Assembly (NCBI GenBank): GCA_965221485.1
Contig: OZ244893.1
Coordinates: 1,995,529 to 2,059,528, forward strand
DNA: 64,000 nt
Direction: 5' to 3'
From: Alphaproteobacteria bacterium
GTDB lineage: Bacteria; Pseudomonadota; Alphaproteobacteria; MPNO01; UBA830
In this document: positions 1 through 9,252 of the stretch, piece after piece
Position numbering within the stretch: position 1 is the stretch's first letter
How the letters are laid out: every line of letters starts with the position of its first letter
Made by a program: the position numbers and the translations under genes
Notes under the pieces: generated by a model
Database searches by the model: none
What the model saw: only the letters and a program-made list of their open reading frames with translations
What the model was told of the DNA's origin: nothing

Positions 1-103
1 AGAGAGGACTTTCTCTCTGAAAACTCCGGATTCGGATATCAACCCGGGGGCATTCAGAACAACAGAAACCTGCAAAGAGTCGACATCATTCGGCAAACGA
101 GCA

Positions 104-616
104 TCAACTCATCGCCTTGACACCGCAAGCCTTGTTGATGGCGTTGTGAGCCGCGGTAAATCCCGTGAGCGAATAGGTATCGGTTGTCTCCGTTCCGCGT
201 GACGAGTACCCAACTACGACCATCTGATTACCCGCCCGCATCGCCCTGGAGAGCGCTCTATCCTGGTTCGCATTATGCGTCCATGCTGTATCGGCGTGGG
301 TAAACAGCTCGAACTTCTGGGACCCGATCGTGACCGTTACAACACTGTCTTTCCGGAAGGTGTAACCGGCCGTGAACTGCACCTGGTGATATGACTTGTC
401 CGAAAGCCGATGGCCCACCGCGACGTGTATGCGCCCTCGTTTGGTGTATTTCCCCTCATGTTTCTTGGGTTCGCTGTACATCCAGCAGGTACGCTGCTTC
501 CCCTTGCCGTCGGTGTGAGCCTGCCAGTCACCAAACACGCCAAGTGATCTGGCCATGACTGCGGAACCGGCAACCATGACCAGGCCGTAAACGAAGATAG
601 CGAACAGAATTTTCAC
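104..616 (-). CDS. Invasion-associated locus B (IalB) family periplasmic protein
   Basis: 170 aa with an N-terminal signal peptide (MKILFAIFVYGLVMVAGSAVMA). The overall sequence pattern matches the IalB family. It uses a GTG start at 616 with a GGGAGA RBS upstream. Confidence 0.7.
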   Translation of the reverse strand: MKILFAIFVYGLVMVAGSAVMARSLGVFGDWQAHTDGKGKQRTCWMYSEPKKHEGKYTKRGRIHVAVGHRLSDKSYHQVQFTAGYTFRKDSVVTVTIGSQKFELFTHADTAWTHNANQDRALSRAMRAGNQMVVVGYSSRGTETTDTYSLTGFTAAHNAINKACGVKAMS

Positions 617-619
617 TTT

Positions 620-1171
620 TCAACTCTCCCCGACAGTGCGGTTACGTCTGCCAATCACGGGATCGGCAAAGACATGCGCTGGCATGGGTTCAACCGCACC
701 ACCAGCCATCACCGGGCGCTCACCGAATTTCCGCATCGACAGCATGCGGTCATACATGACGATTCCTCCGGTGGTCGCAAGATTCAACGAAAAGGTCGTA
801 GGAACCTGGACGAGGTGGTCGCAATGGCTGATCATTGAATCTGAAAGCCCGATTCGTTCCATTCCAAGGACATAAGCCGCTCGGCGAGGATGCCGAAAAC
901 CGGGCAGCATGACAGACACCTCATCAATCTCGACGCCCACCAGCGAACACCCCTCGGGAAGCCGCATCGCATTGATCGACTCGAAATGGTAAGTCGGAAC
1001 CTGATTCGGCGTGTGGGACGTGTCCGACGCACTGGCTGTGAGGTCACAGTTTGCCCCCACGGTGAACACAAAACTGGCGCCAAACGCATGGGCCGTCCGG
1101 ATCAGATTACCGACATTGATCGGTTTGCTGACTCCTTCTATGCCAATCCCGAAATAACCGCGCATGGCCAT
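620..1171 (-). CDS. TrmH/SpoU family RNA 2'-O-methyltransferase
   Basis: 183 aa with SpoU-type motifs (GNLIRTAHAFG, LVGVEIDE, VLGMERIGLSD, NLATTGGIVMYD). ATG start verified at 1171. Confidence 0.8.
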   Translation of the reverse strand: MAMRGYFGIGIEGVSKPINVGNLIRTAHAFGASFVFTVGANCDLTASASDTSHTPNQVPTYHFESINAMRLPEGCSLVGVEIDEVSVMLPGFRHPRRAAYVLGMERIGLSDSMISHCDHLVQVPTTFSLNLATTGGIVMYDRMLSMRKFGERPVMAGGAVEPMPAHVFADPVIGRRNRTVGES

Positions 1172-1234
1172 TGAGTCTAGAGCATAATTCTATCAGGGCA
1201 AGGTGACACGGCATCACCGGGATCGGGTCCGGCC

Positions 1235-1984
1235 TCAGTTCACGTTGGCGACTTCTCCCAGGACTGGCCCGATCTCCCGATTGATCACAAGATCCGCATA
1301 ACCGTCAAGATCCGTCGCATCCCGATTGAGGATGACCAGAGCGGCGCCGTTTTGTTTGGCGAGAATGGGAAATCCGGCAGCAGGATGCACCGTCAGTGAA
1401 GAACCCACCACAAGGAAGAGGTCGCAGGCACTGGATTCATCATGTGCGCGTTGCATCGCCGCCTCGGGCATCGCCTGACCGAAGGAAATCGTTGCCGCCT
1501 TCACAATGCCGCCGCAGCACCGGCATGTGGGAAGAACACCCTGATCCCTGAAAGCCTTCTTGATGGGTCCAAGTTCGTGGCGAAGTCCGCAAGACAGGCA
1601 CGTGGCGTATGTACCGTTTCCGTGCAGCTCGATGATTTGAGTTTCCGGAACCCCGGATTCCTGGTGAAGGCCATCGATGTTCTGCGTGATGATCGAAACG
1701 AGCCGGCCTGTTCGCATCATCTTTGCGAGGGCACGATGTCCTCGGTTCGGCTCTGCCCCTTCAATATCGCGATCGATCTCCAGCTTGCGCCGCCATGTTT
1801 CCCTGCGGGCTTCTTCGGAGCGCATGAACTCATCGAAATAGATCGGTGTCGTTCGGGACCAGATTCCGCCCGGGCTGCGAAAATCAGGAATACCCGATTC
1901 CGTTGAAATACCGGCCCCGGTGAATGCAATGCTGTGACTTGACCGGTCAATCAGCGTCCTCAGTTCACCAATGTCCTCATTCAT
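1235..1984 (-). CDS. cobB: NAD-dependent protein deacylase, Sir2 family (CobB-type sirtuin)
   Basis: Canonical sirtuin N-terminus GAGISTESGIPDFRSPGGIW, Zn-ribbon cysteines (CLSCG...CRCCGG) and a GSSLTVHPAAGFP Rossmann tail. It overlaps the upstream gene by 4 nt. Confidence 0.85.
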   Translation of the reverse strand: MNEDIGELRTLIDRSSHSIAFTGAGISTESGIPDFRSPGGIWSRTTPIYFDEFMRSEEARRETWRRKLEIDRDIEGAEPNRGHRALAKMMRTGRLVSIITQNIDGLHQESGVPETQIIELHGNGTYATCLSCGLRHELGPIKKAFRDQGVLPTCRCCGGIVKAATISFGQAMPEAAMQRAHDESSACDLFLVVGSSLTVHPAAGFPILAKQNGAALVILNRDATDLDGYADLVINREIGPVLGEVANVN

Positions 1985-2658
1985 GCTGCCCTGCCAGGAG
2001 GTTCTTCGTATGCTGCCCAGATCCGCATCACCTCCGGACTTTCCGGAATATCACCGAAGATGAACTCGACGGATTTTATCGTCGCCTCATGCAACGCCGC
2101 ATTCGCGCTGCCGACGCAGTCGGGTGGCATCACAATATGATAGCCGTGGAAAAAACCCTCTCGAAGCGTCGATTCTACACAGACATTGGTTGCGACGCCC
2201 GTCATCACAAGCGTTCGAACGCCGTGCCGCCGGAGAAGATCATCCAGCCGTGTGTTGTGGAAACCGGAGTAACAGTGCTTTTCGACGACGGGTTCACCAG
2301 GTTCAGGCCCGACTCTGAAGAAATCGGCTCCCCACGAGCCGGAGGCGCAGCATACCGCTCCCTTTCCTTTTTCCAGCATCTTGGCAAGCATCGGTTGCGG
2401 TATCAGATCGTGGTCATAGACCGCCTTGATCCAGATGACCGGCGCCTTGACCTTTCGACCCGCTTCCACCAGCAAACGAATCCGATCGGCCAAAGAGATA
2501 TTGGGGACCATGTCGGCACCCTGGGTCTGCTGAATATATCCGCCCTCCGCACAGAAATCATTTTGCATGTCCACCACCACAATCGCGGTGTGGGAAGGGT
2601 GAAGGATTTCCCGCAGATCCGTGAGATGTCTGTCAGGCATATGCAGGGTCTTCCGCAA
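1981..2658 (-). CDS. Isochorismatase-family cysteine hydrolase (nicotinamidase/amidase-like)
   Basis: Contains the VVVDMQNDF motif, a conserved Lys and a catalytic Cys (VMTGVATNVCVEST). The true start may be the internal Met at ~2640, which would overlap ligB by 8 nt. Confidence 0.75.
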   Translation of the reverse strand: MRKTLHMPDRHLTDLREILHPSHTAIVVVDMQNDFCAEGGYIQQTQGADMVPNISLADRIRLLVEAGRKVKAPVIWIKAVYDHDLIPQPMLAKMLEKGKGAVCCASGSWGADFFRVGPEPGEPVVEKHCYSGFHNTRLDDLLRRHGVRTLVMTGVATNVCVESTLREGFFHGYHIVMPPDCVGSANAALHEATIKSVEFIFGDIPESPEVMRIWAAYEEPPGRAA

Positions 2659-3493
2659 CCGGCCAGTAGATGCAACCCATGCCGCATCTCAGTTCGACGG
2701 CCGGCTCATAACAGACAGTCCGGGCCGGTGTTCGACCGGCCGCACCCAGTGCGGCAATCCAGGCCAGCAGTTCCGTCGTACCGCCGTCGCCGGCCTTGAG
2801 CATTTTCTCAACGGTGCATTCGCGCAGAACGGCTGCCGGGTCACCCGCTTCCATCAGGTGAAGAAACCACCGGTCGAACGCTTCGTCGACCTGGAAGTAA
2901 CGCGGCCCGCCCGGATCATGCGACAGTCCGCCGGTTGCCATCAGCGCAACGCGCATACCGTCCGGCAGATCCTCGGCTATGGCCCGGGCAATGGCCTGTC
3001 CAGCCGCGTAACAGGTTTCAGGTGACGGGATTTCCGGGACCACACAGTTCATGTGGATGGGTATCAGGGGAATGTCATGGTCCGGCGTAAGGTAATAAAG
3101 CGGCACGGACCAGTTGTCATCGAACAGGAGATCGCTTCTGCTTATGACATCAAATCCCTCCCCGGCCAGTCGATCATGAATGGCATTTGCGCTGGCGCTA
3201 TGACCGGCAACCGAATAATCCGGAACCGCGATCCACTCGCGAAACCATTCGGCAGGCCCTTCCCAGGCGTCGGACGTGCCCACACAAAAATCATGAGTGT
3301 CATGGGTGGGCATATTCAGCACATGGTCGTTTGCAAGTCCCACAATCACATCGGGTCTTGCCTCGCGCAATCGTTCTCCAAGACTTCGAAATCCCTTTGT
3401 CAGGCTTTGCTGCTGAGCTTTGGGCGCCTGGTCCAGCCAACCCGTCAACCCCGGTGCATGGCTGAGAGCAATCAGTGAAACCAGTTTCGCCAT
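2633..3493 (-). CDS. Class III extradiol ring-cleavage dioxygenase, catalytic LigB-type subunit
   Basis: 286 aa. LigB/AmnB-family features: the N-terminus LSHAPG, the HMNCVVPE block and overall similarity to protocatechuate 4,5-dioxygenase beta. Its start is coupled to the upstream small subunit. Confidence 0.75.
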   Translation of the reverse strand: MAKLVSLIALSHAPGLTGWLDQAPKAQQQSLTKGFRSLGERLREARPDVIVGLANDHVLNMPTHDTHDFCVGTSDAWEGPAEWFREWIAVPDYSVAGHSASANAIHDRLAGEGFDVISRSDLLFDDNWSVPLYYLTPDHDIPLIPIHMNCVVPEIPSPETCYAAGQAIARAIAEDLPDGMRVALMATGGLSHDPGGPRYFQVDEAFDRWFLHLMEAGDPAAVLRECTVEKMLKAGDGGTTELLAWIAALGAAGRTPARTVCYEPAVELRCGMGCIYWPVAEDPAYA

Positions 3494-3804
3494 CAGCGTG
3501 TTCTCCCCTCTCTTTCCACCACACTCCGGCCGTAAACCTGCGCTGCTGTCGACCGGTTGTGATTATGGCTGCCGCCATGAAAAAGCCGCGATATCTGCGG
3601 CAGATAATACGGATGAACGCCGAGTTCCTTCAGGCGCATGAGATCAAGATGCCGAAATGCCGTCCGTTCGTCTTCAGACAGTCCGTATTCTTCCATCAGG
3701 ACTTCGAGATTTTCGACAAATTGGTTGAATCTCGCCGGATCACGGCGGACTTCGAAAACCATGCGGTTCGCCGGCAGGTCCGGTCTGGTGTCTTCGATTC
3801 CCAT
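3493..3804 (-). CDS. LigA-like small subunit of extradiol dioxygenase
   Basis: The ORF track gives a 202-aa ORF, but the N-terminal ~100 aa is Arg/Cys-rich junk. The internal ATG at 3804 (MGIEDTRPDLPANRMVF...) has a GAGGGA RBS and yields a ~103-aa protein of LigA size, ending where ligB starts. Confidence 0.6.
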   Translation of the reverse strand: MGIEDTRPDLPANRMVFEVRRDPARFNQFVENLEVLMEEYGLSEDERTAFRHLDLMRLKELGVHPYYLPQISRLFHGGSHNHNRSTAAQVYGRSVVEREGRTR

Positions 3805-3890
3805 CACTATGTCCCTCGTCGGTTTCGCGCCCTTCAAACAGGTTGTAGTTTTACCCAACCATAACCCGACGGGGACCAGGGAGAAAGCAA

Positions 3891-5534
3891 GTGACGATAA
3901 CGAATTCGCAAGCCATGACCGGCGGGGAAGCCATTGTGGCCTCTCTCGTGCAACATGATGTCGACACCGTTTTCGGTATTCCCGGTGTACAGCTTGATCC
4001 GCTATTCGCTGCCTTGCATGACGCCCGAAACAGGATACGTGTGATTCACACGCGGCATGAACAGGGAGCAGGATACATGGCACTGGGTTATGCCATGGCA
4101 ACCGGGCGCCCCGGCGTTGCCGTCGTGGTACCGGGACCAGGATTTCTCAACGCAGCATCTGCCATGGCGACCGCCGCGGCTCAAAACGCCCCCCTTCTCT
4201 GCGTCAGCGGACAGATTCCATCCCGTCTGATCGGCAAGGGTACCGGACAGCTCCACGAGATTCCCGACCAGCTGGGGATCGCACAAACCCTGTCAAAGTG
4301 GGCAGCTCGTATCGATACACCCGAAGAAACACCGGCGGTCATGGACGCAGCCTTTTGGCACCTGTCTACGGGGCGGCAAGGCCCGGTAGAGGTCGAAATG
4401 CCCATGGATATCATGCGACAAACCGGCACGGTCACACTCACCGCCCCCGAAACACCCGTATCGCTTGATCAGCCCGTTGCCGAGGATGTCGACCATGCAG
4501 CGCGCATTCTCAAGGAAGCCAAACGCCCCCTGATCGTGGCGGGCGGTGGAACGGTCAATGCGGGATCCGAACTGCTGTCCGTCGCTGATCGATTGCAGGC
4601 TCCTGTTGTGCTGTCGCGCAATGCGCTCGGTGTCATCGACTCCCGGCACCATCTGGCTGCAACCCCTCCACTCGGTCACCGTCTCTGGGCAGATACCGAT
4701 CTCGTGCTGGCAGTGGGGAGCCGCCTCAGCCCCATGATTCCCGGATGGGGGACGGACGCCGGTCTGCGGATTATTAGAATCGATATCGACCCGACAGAAA
4801 TGGTGCGCAATGTGGATCCCGATATCTCCATGCTGTGCGATGCTGCTGTCGGACTTTCGGCGCTTGAAGACGCTCTCTCGTCTCGCGGTGTGCGGCGCCA
4901 AAACCGGGCTATGGAATTGAAAAGGCTGAAAGCACAACTGCGAAACGACCTTGACCGTCTGGATCCTCAGGTTGCGATCATAGAGGCCATGCGCCGGGCT
5001 CTGCCTGAAGACGGGATCTTTGTCGAAGATCTTACACAGATCGGTTATGTGGCAAGGTTCGTATTTCCGGTTTACCAACCGCGAAGCTACATCAACCCCG
5101 GTTTCCAGGGCACGCTGGGCTATGCGGTACCGACGGCAATGGGCGTCAAGATCGGTCAGCCGGACCGGCCTGTGCTCGCGATTTCGGGGGATGGTGGTTT
5201 CATGTTCAATGTCCAGGAGCTTGCGACGGCGGCACAGCACGGAATAGACATTGTCGTGGTCGTCTTCAATGACGGGGCTTACGGCAACGTCAAGCGGCTC
5301 CAGCACCAGGAGTTCGAAGGCAAGGAAATTGCCGTGTCCCTTCGCAACCCCGATCTCATGAAACTTGCGGACGCCTTCGGCATTCAGGGTCTTCGGGCCC
5401 GGGATCCGTCGGAACTCGAGACCATGATCAGCCGGGGCTTCGATACTCCCGGACCCACTCTGATCGAATATGCGCTGGGTGAAGTACCGGATCCCTGGCC
5501 GTTCATCCAGATGGGTCGGGCCCGGGGCGGTTGA
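3891..5534 (+). CDS. Thiamine-pyrophosphate enzyme, acetolactate-synthase-like large subunit family
   Basis: 547 aa with three TPP-enzyme domains. These include the N-terminal pyrimidine-binding GIPGVQLDPLFAAL...HEQGAGYMALGYA and the C-terminal GDGGFMFNVQELATA...NDGAYGNV TPP-binding motif. It is divergent from the ligAB operon. Confidence 0.8.
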   Translation: MTITNSQAMTGGEAIVASLVQHDVDTVFGIPGVQLDPLFAALHDARNRIRVIHTRHEQGAGYMALGYAMATGRPGVAVVVPGPGFLNAASAMATAAAQNAPLLCVSGQIPSRLIGKGTGQLHEIPDQLGIAQTLSKWAARIDTPEETPAVMDAAFWHLSTGRQGPVEVEMPMDIMRQTGTVTLTAPETPVSLDQPVAEDVDHAARILKEAKRPLIVAGGGTVNAGSELLSVADRLQAPVVLSRNALGVIDSRHHLAATPPLGHRLWADTDLVLAVGSRLSPMIPGWGTDAGLRIIRIDIDPTEMVRNVDPDISMLCDAAVGLSALEDALSSRGVRRQNRAMELKRLKAQLRNDLDRLDPQVAIIEAMRRALPEDGIFVEDLTQIGYVARFVFPVYQPRSYINPGFQGTLGYAVPTAMGVKIGQPDRPVLAISGDGGFMFNVQELATAAQHGIDIVVVVFNDGAYGNVKRLQHQEFEGKEIAVSLRNPDLMKLADAFGIQGLRARDPSELETMISRGFDTPGPTLIEYALGEVPDPWPFIQMGRARGG

Positions 5535-6097
5535 CGAATTTGTATTCCTGCACCGAGTTCCGGAACGACCGCATCAGCAGCCTCCGATAATTTGCCAACG
5601 GTGTCTGTCGTCTGACGCGCAATTGCCCCTTCATTTCAGGTTTCGGTGTTGAAGTCATGGCACCCTGCCGCAGCGTGTTGACGATACCACTCGGCTTGCA
5701 GGCAGAGCGTTCTCCCGGTTGTCATCCGGATGTTTTATTCCCGACTGATGGCTAACCATGACGCGCCAATAGACGGAAACAGTACCAAGGGTCCCGGATA
5801 CCTCCAACGACCTGAAGTGGCCGAGGCCTGACACTTGTTCCCTTGAATGGTGCGAGATCTGCGCAGCACGTTTCTGATGACACCCCGGTTATCCGTGAAT
5901 GCCACCAGCTGCCGAACCCGACTGGCGAAAACTTGCCCACGGTTCGAGGCGCCGTGAGTTTCTGACCATGATCCGGAGGGGGTTTCCCGGTGTCAATCGG
6001 GGCATTTTCAACTCCGGTCGCGATCTCCAAAGAGACAACGTTGGGGGCAAATCGACCGGTTCACTTCCCTGCGATCATGGACGCTATGGCTGACCGG

Positions 6098-6814
6098 TCA
6101 GTGAAACTCCATGAGACGGCCGAAGCCCGGAGCCCGGTGGTTGATGTTCAACGTGCGGAGCGCGTGCCAGAGCATGGCCTGATTACTGGTAATGACCGGT
6201 TTCCCGATGTCCTTTTCGATCGGCTCGATCGCTTCGATCGCCCGCACGGCCGTGCAGCTGATGAAGGCGGCATCGGATGCCGCCTCGTCCTGAGCCTTCA
6301 CCCGCCTGTGCCACTCCTCGGGCGCCACCGCCAGCATGGCAGCGGCATCGCCTGCGATTCCCATGCCGGTCTCCGACAAGACCCTGATACCGTTCGCCTC
6401 AAGGTAGCCAACTTCACGATCGTTGGTTTCCTGTATGTAGGGTGTCGTCAGAGTAATTCGCTCGGCTTGCAGTGTGCGGAACGCTGCAAGACAAGCCTTG
6501 GATGTCGATGTGGCCGCCCGATTCGTCGCACCATGGATCCTTTCCAGAATCTCGTCGTCGAATCCCGGCGCGAACATCGAGGCAGCCGTACAATGAAACA
6601 CGATCAGGTCAACGTCAGCATCCGCCAGCAGGTCTGCACCGATCTCAAGGTCGGCCACCATATCCCTGACATCTTCTTCGCGGCTCGAACGCAGTCTCAG
6701 CCGGGTCGTATGAAGGGACACGCCCTTTGGCAGACTCGCCGTTATTTGAGGCTCCGCTGCCTGGTTCACCGACGGGAGGAGCATGCCGATACGGGCCCGA
6801 TCACCGTAGTTCAT
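6098..6814 (-). CDS. Asp/Glu/hydantoin racemase family protein (maleate isomerase / arylmalonate decarboxylase-like)
   Basis: 238 aa. The two catalytic Cys contexts (FHCTAAS, ISCTAVR) are typical of the maleate isomerase/Asp-Glu racemase superfamily. Confidence 0.65.
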   Translation of the reverse strand: MNYGDRARIGMLLPSVNQAAEPQITASLPKGVSLHTTRLRLRSSREEDVRDMVADLEIGADLLADADVDLIVFHCTAASMFAPGFDDEILERIHGATNRAATSTSKACLAAFRTLQAERITLTTPYIQETNDREVGYLEANGIRVLSETGMGIAGDAAAMLAVAPEEWHRRVKAQDEAASDAAFISCTAVRAIEAIEPIEKDIGKPVITSNQAMLWHALRTLNINHRAPGFGRLMEFH

Positions 6815-6850
6815 GACACTTTCCCTGAAACGGCCAGCAGTGCTGCGGCT

Positions 6851-7285
6851 TTACGGATTGATATAGTTGGCAAGGTTTGGCTGCTCCGGTATCCGCTCGA
6901 TTTCAGAATCCATGTGAACCCATGGAAGCGCCCGATCGGCCCAGATATTCAGCTGGATCGGAACCCAACTGGGATCATCCAGTGTGCCAGCATAAACGAC
7001 CCTCAGATGCGGGCGTGCTACCGACGCCGAATACAGGACCGTACCGCACTTGTCACAAAAATTGACGGAAATCCTGTTGCCGCTGTCGGCAACGCGGGTT
7101 CGGGATCTGGGCTCACCCTTCTTCAGTTTCAGCGCCTCGGTCCGAAGCTGAACCGAGATTCCGAACGCACTCCCGGTTCGGCGCTGGCATTCCTTGCAAT
7201 GGCAGCAATAGGACAGCAACGGCTTCTCTGTCATTTCGTATCGTATCTCGCCACAAGCGCAGCCGCCTTCGTAGGGTGGAGACAT
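6851..7285 (-). CDS. GFA (glutathione-dependent formaldehyde-activating / CENP-V-like) zinc-binding family protein
   Basis: The GFA Cys pattern is present (CACGEIRYE...CCHCKECQRRTGSAF...CDKCG). I chose the internal ATG at 7285 (MSPPYEGG) with an AAAGGGA RBS over the longer track ORF. Confidence 0.7.
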   Translation of the reverse strand: MSPPYEGGCACGEIRYEMTEKPLLSYCCHCKECQRRTGSAFGISVQLRTEALKLKKGEPRSRTRVADSGNRISVNFCDKCGTVLYSASVARPHLRVVYAGTLDDPSWVPIQLNIWADRALPWVHMDSEIERIPEQPNLANYINP

Positions 7286-7845
7286 GTTCAGTCCCTTTCG
7301 TTTCGAAACCCGGGAAAGTGTCATCCGGCCCTCTTGCCCGGGCCTTCGCGACAACGCCAATCATACAATGAAAAGCGGTCTATGATTCGTCAAATCTCGC
7401 GAATTTGAAGCTTGGCCAGAAGGAGCCAGAAACTCAGCTACCGCAACATTCACAGCTATGGGCGGAAGTATTGAACCACTGCCCCGACACGCAAAAACCG
7501 TGGTGTGGCATGACGATCCGGGGTCTGCCGGTTTCGTCATTATCTACGGGGCTGATCAGCGCGCGGTGAAAACTTCCGAAGCCACGCCAGGACGTCGGTC
7601 CCCAAATGACTATAATTGTTAGCGGCAACAATAAATCTCCCATTTTGGAGTGACAATCGGTGAAATTGCGTCAGTCGGATCCAAGTAAACATTCCCGAGG
7701 GTGTGTACAGCTGCTGACGTACAGCCGGATTCGACATGTGTGTCGAAAATGTTCCACGCTCCATTGCCGAGACGGAAAACCATACCGTCCCCGAAGACAA
7801 CACCAAGAAGCGTCAGCTCAGGCTCGCCCTTCGATCGAGGATTTC

Positions 7846-8232
7846 CTAACTCTCTAGTGGATTGAGCTCCGCTCTCACCTTGCGAGCCCAGTCTTCGCCC
7901 TGCCTCTGATCTGACCTGGCGACCCTCGGTAAATCGCGGAAAACAATCCGGGATACACGTTTCCGCGTTCCCTCAGGCGAACGCTCGTATCCGATGACCC
8001 AACGAAAGATGCTGCCCAAGACCATGCGCGAAGCGTCGTGTTCCGAAATTTCCGTCATCGGAATGATGGCTTCCTCGCTCTCGTACTCGCGGCCGGCTGT
8101 CAGATCGACCAACCTCGCCACGAACTCTTCGTCGCCAATATCGACCACATGTCCTTCCCACTGTTGCAATGCTTGCAGCGTAGGCCATCTGGCAACCCGA
8201 GCGACGGGTGGGGAAAAGTTAACTATCGGCAT
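7846..8232 (-). CDS. Hypothetical protein (island accessory ORF)
   Basis: ~128 aa from the internal ATG at 8232 (MPIVNFSPP...). I recognise no family. It lies in the lower-GC segment downstream of the ATPase/partner pair. It is weakly supported. Confidence 0.3.
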   Translation of the reverse strand: MPIVNFSPPVARVARWPTLQALQQWEGHVVDIGDEEFVARLVDLTAGREYESEEAIIPMTEISEHDASRMVLGSIFRWVIGYERSPEGTRKRVSRIVFRDLPRVARSDQRQGEDWARKVRAELNPLES

Positions 8233-8408
8233 GGTGTCCAAAGTATTGGGCAAAACAGTAGATGAGTGTAGAGTATCTGCTGTGTTGGCCCCTCGGCAAT
8301 AAGAGTTAGTCTCCACATGCGATCGTGTTTGCCTGACTGCGTCGTCCAATTCCAATCCCGGACTGGCGTGCTTGTCGTCGGGATTCTTTATGCGCAAATC
8401 CAAGCGCC

Positions 8409-9239
8409 TCACCGCAGTGGGCTGACCGGACGGCTCCATGGCTGCCCCCGCCCCGCAGTCGCCAGGGCCATCACATGATCGACGATGGCATCGGCGCGTC
8501 TAACCGACAATTCAAAGCCATTCTCGAGAAACCCGTGTAGCGCCGCGCGGCCGTCCGCTGCCGGGCTATCGATCAAAACGTGATCATTGATGTGAACGTA
8601 GATTTCGTTCCCTCTGTCTCCAATTTGAACCGACGGCTCTACCGTTAGTTTGATCTGTCCTCCCTAGGGTCTGCCCTCTGGCCGAATTTGCCTCATGGTC
8701 AGCGATCCCATCTCACCTTTAGATCCACCTGAACGGAACACATCGGTCCATTCACCCCAAGGCCCTACCGGCGCCAATAATCTGGCGGTCCGATCCGATG
8801 CTGTGGCGCCCAGCGCTCGAAAATGGATTCCGCGGTTGACGCCAAGCGCTTTGACTGGCGAATGGGAGAGCAGTTCCTTGAACACGCGAACCACCAGATC
8901 GCATATACCAACGTGTAAATCCTGCTGTGTCCTGGAGCAAAATCTGTCGTATGTCGCTCGAAACTGAAGCCATTCGGTGGAAAACGCCACTAGGTGACGA
9001 TGAGCGACCTGAATATCAGCGTATTCCACAACGGCTCTTGGCAGGATTTCATGACGAGCGAACCAAGGCGGCGTGAAGATTGCCAGATTGAAACACACCT
9101 GTGAAAGCCATCCAGGTACCCGGTGCTCCACCAATTCCACGGTGCACCCTGGCGACGGACGGCTGCGAAAACCTGTCCCAGTCCACCCGCGCCGTCGCGG
9201 TCGAGGTAATCGACAAGGTGGGGTGTTGGCCCACCCCAA
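8409..9239 (-). pseudogene. Partner gene of the AAA15 ATPase: TOPRIM-like (DUF4435 / split-OLD-like) nuclease candidate, interrupted by an in-frame TAG
   Basis: A TTG start at 9239 sits 14 nt after the ATPase stop (three frames open here; TTG/191-aa frame chosen as most protein-like, boundary low-confidence). The 191-aa ORF ends at a TAG at 8664–8666. The same frame stays open for another 84 codons to a TGA at 8409–8411. The read-through product would be ~275 aa. It contains VVEYADIQ (candidate TOPRIM Glu) and LIDSPAADGRAAL (candidate DxD...G metal site). The N-terminal 40 aa are Arg-rich, and the region after residue ~140 is Gly/Arg-rich, so additional frameshifts or decay are possible. Confidence 0.4.
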
Positions 9240-9252
9240 GCCCAGATACGCT

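Noticed and set aside
1235-1984. Sir2 protein as a possible anti-phage effector (Thoeris/DSR-type SIR2)
   Set aside because: The protein is a short canonical CobB-type sirtuin. It has the GAGISTESGIPDFRS motif and the Zn-ribbon cysteines. It lacks SLOG/TIR/Macro or large N-terminal partners. It sits in a metabolic operon with a nicotinamidase-like hydrolase, which points to a housekeeping deacylase role.
4293-5306. 337-aa ORF on the minus strand
   Set aside because: It is antisense to the strongly supported TPP-enzyme gene. The composition is artefactual.
5990-7408. 472-aa ORF on the + strand
   Set aside because: It lies antisense to two well-supported minus-strand genes (the racemase-family gene and the GFA gene). 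Its Arg/Pro/Gly-rich composition is typical of high-GC antisense artefacts. There are no recognisable motifs.
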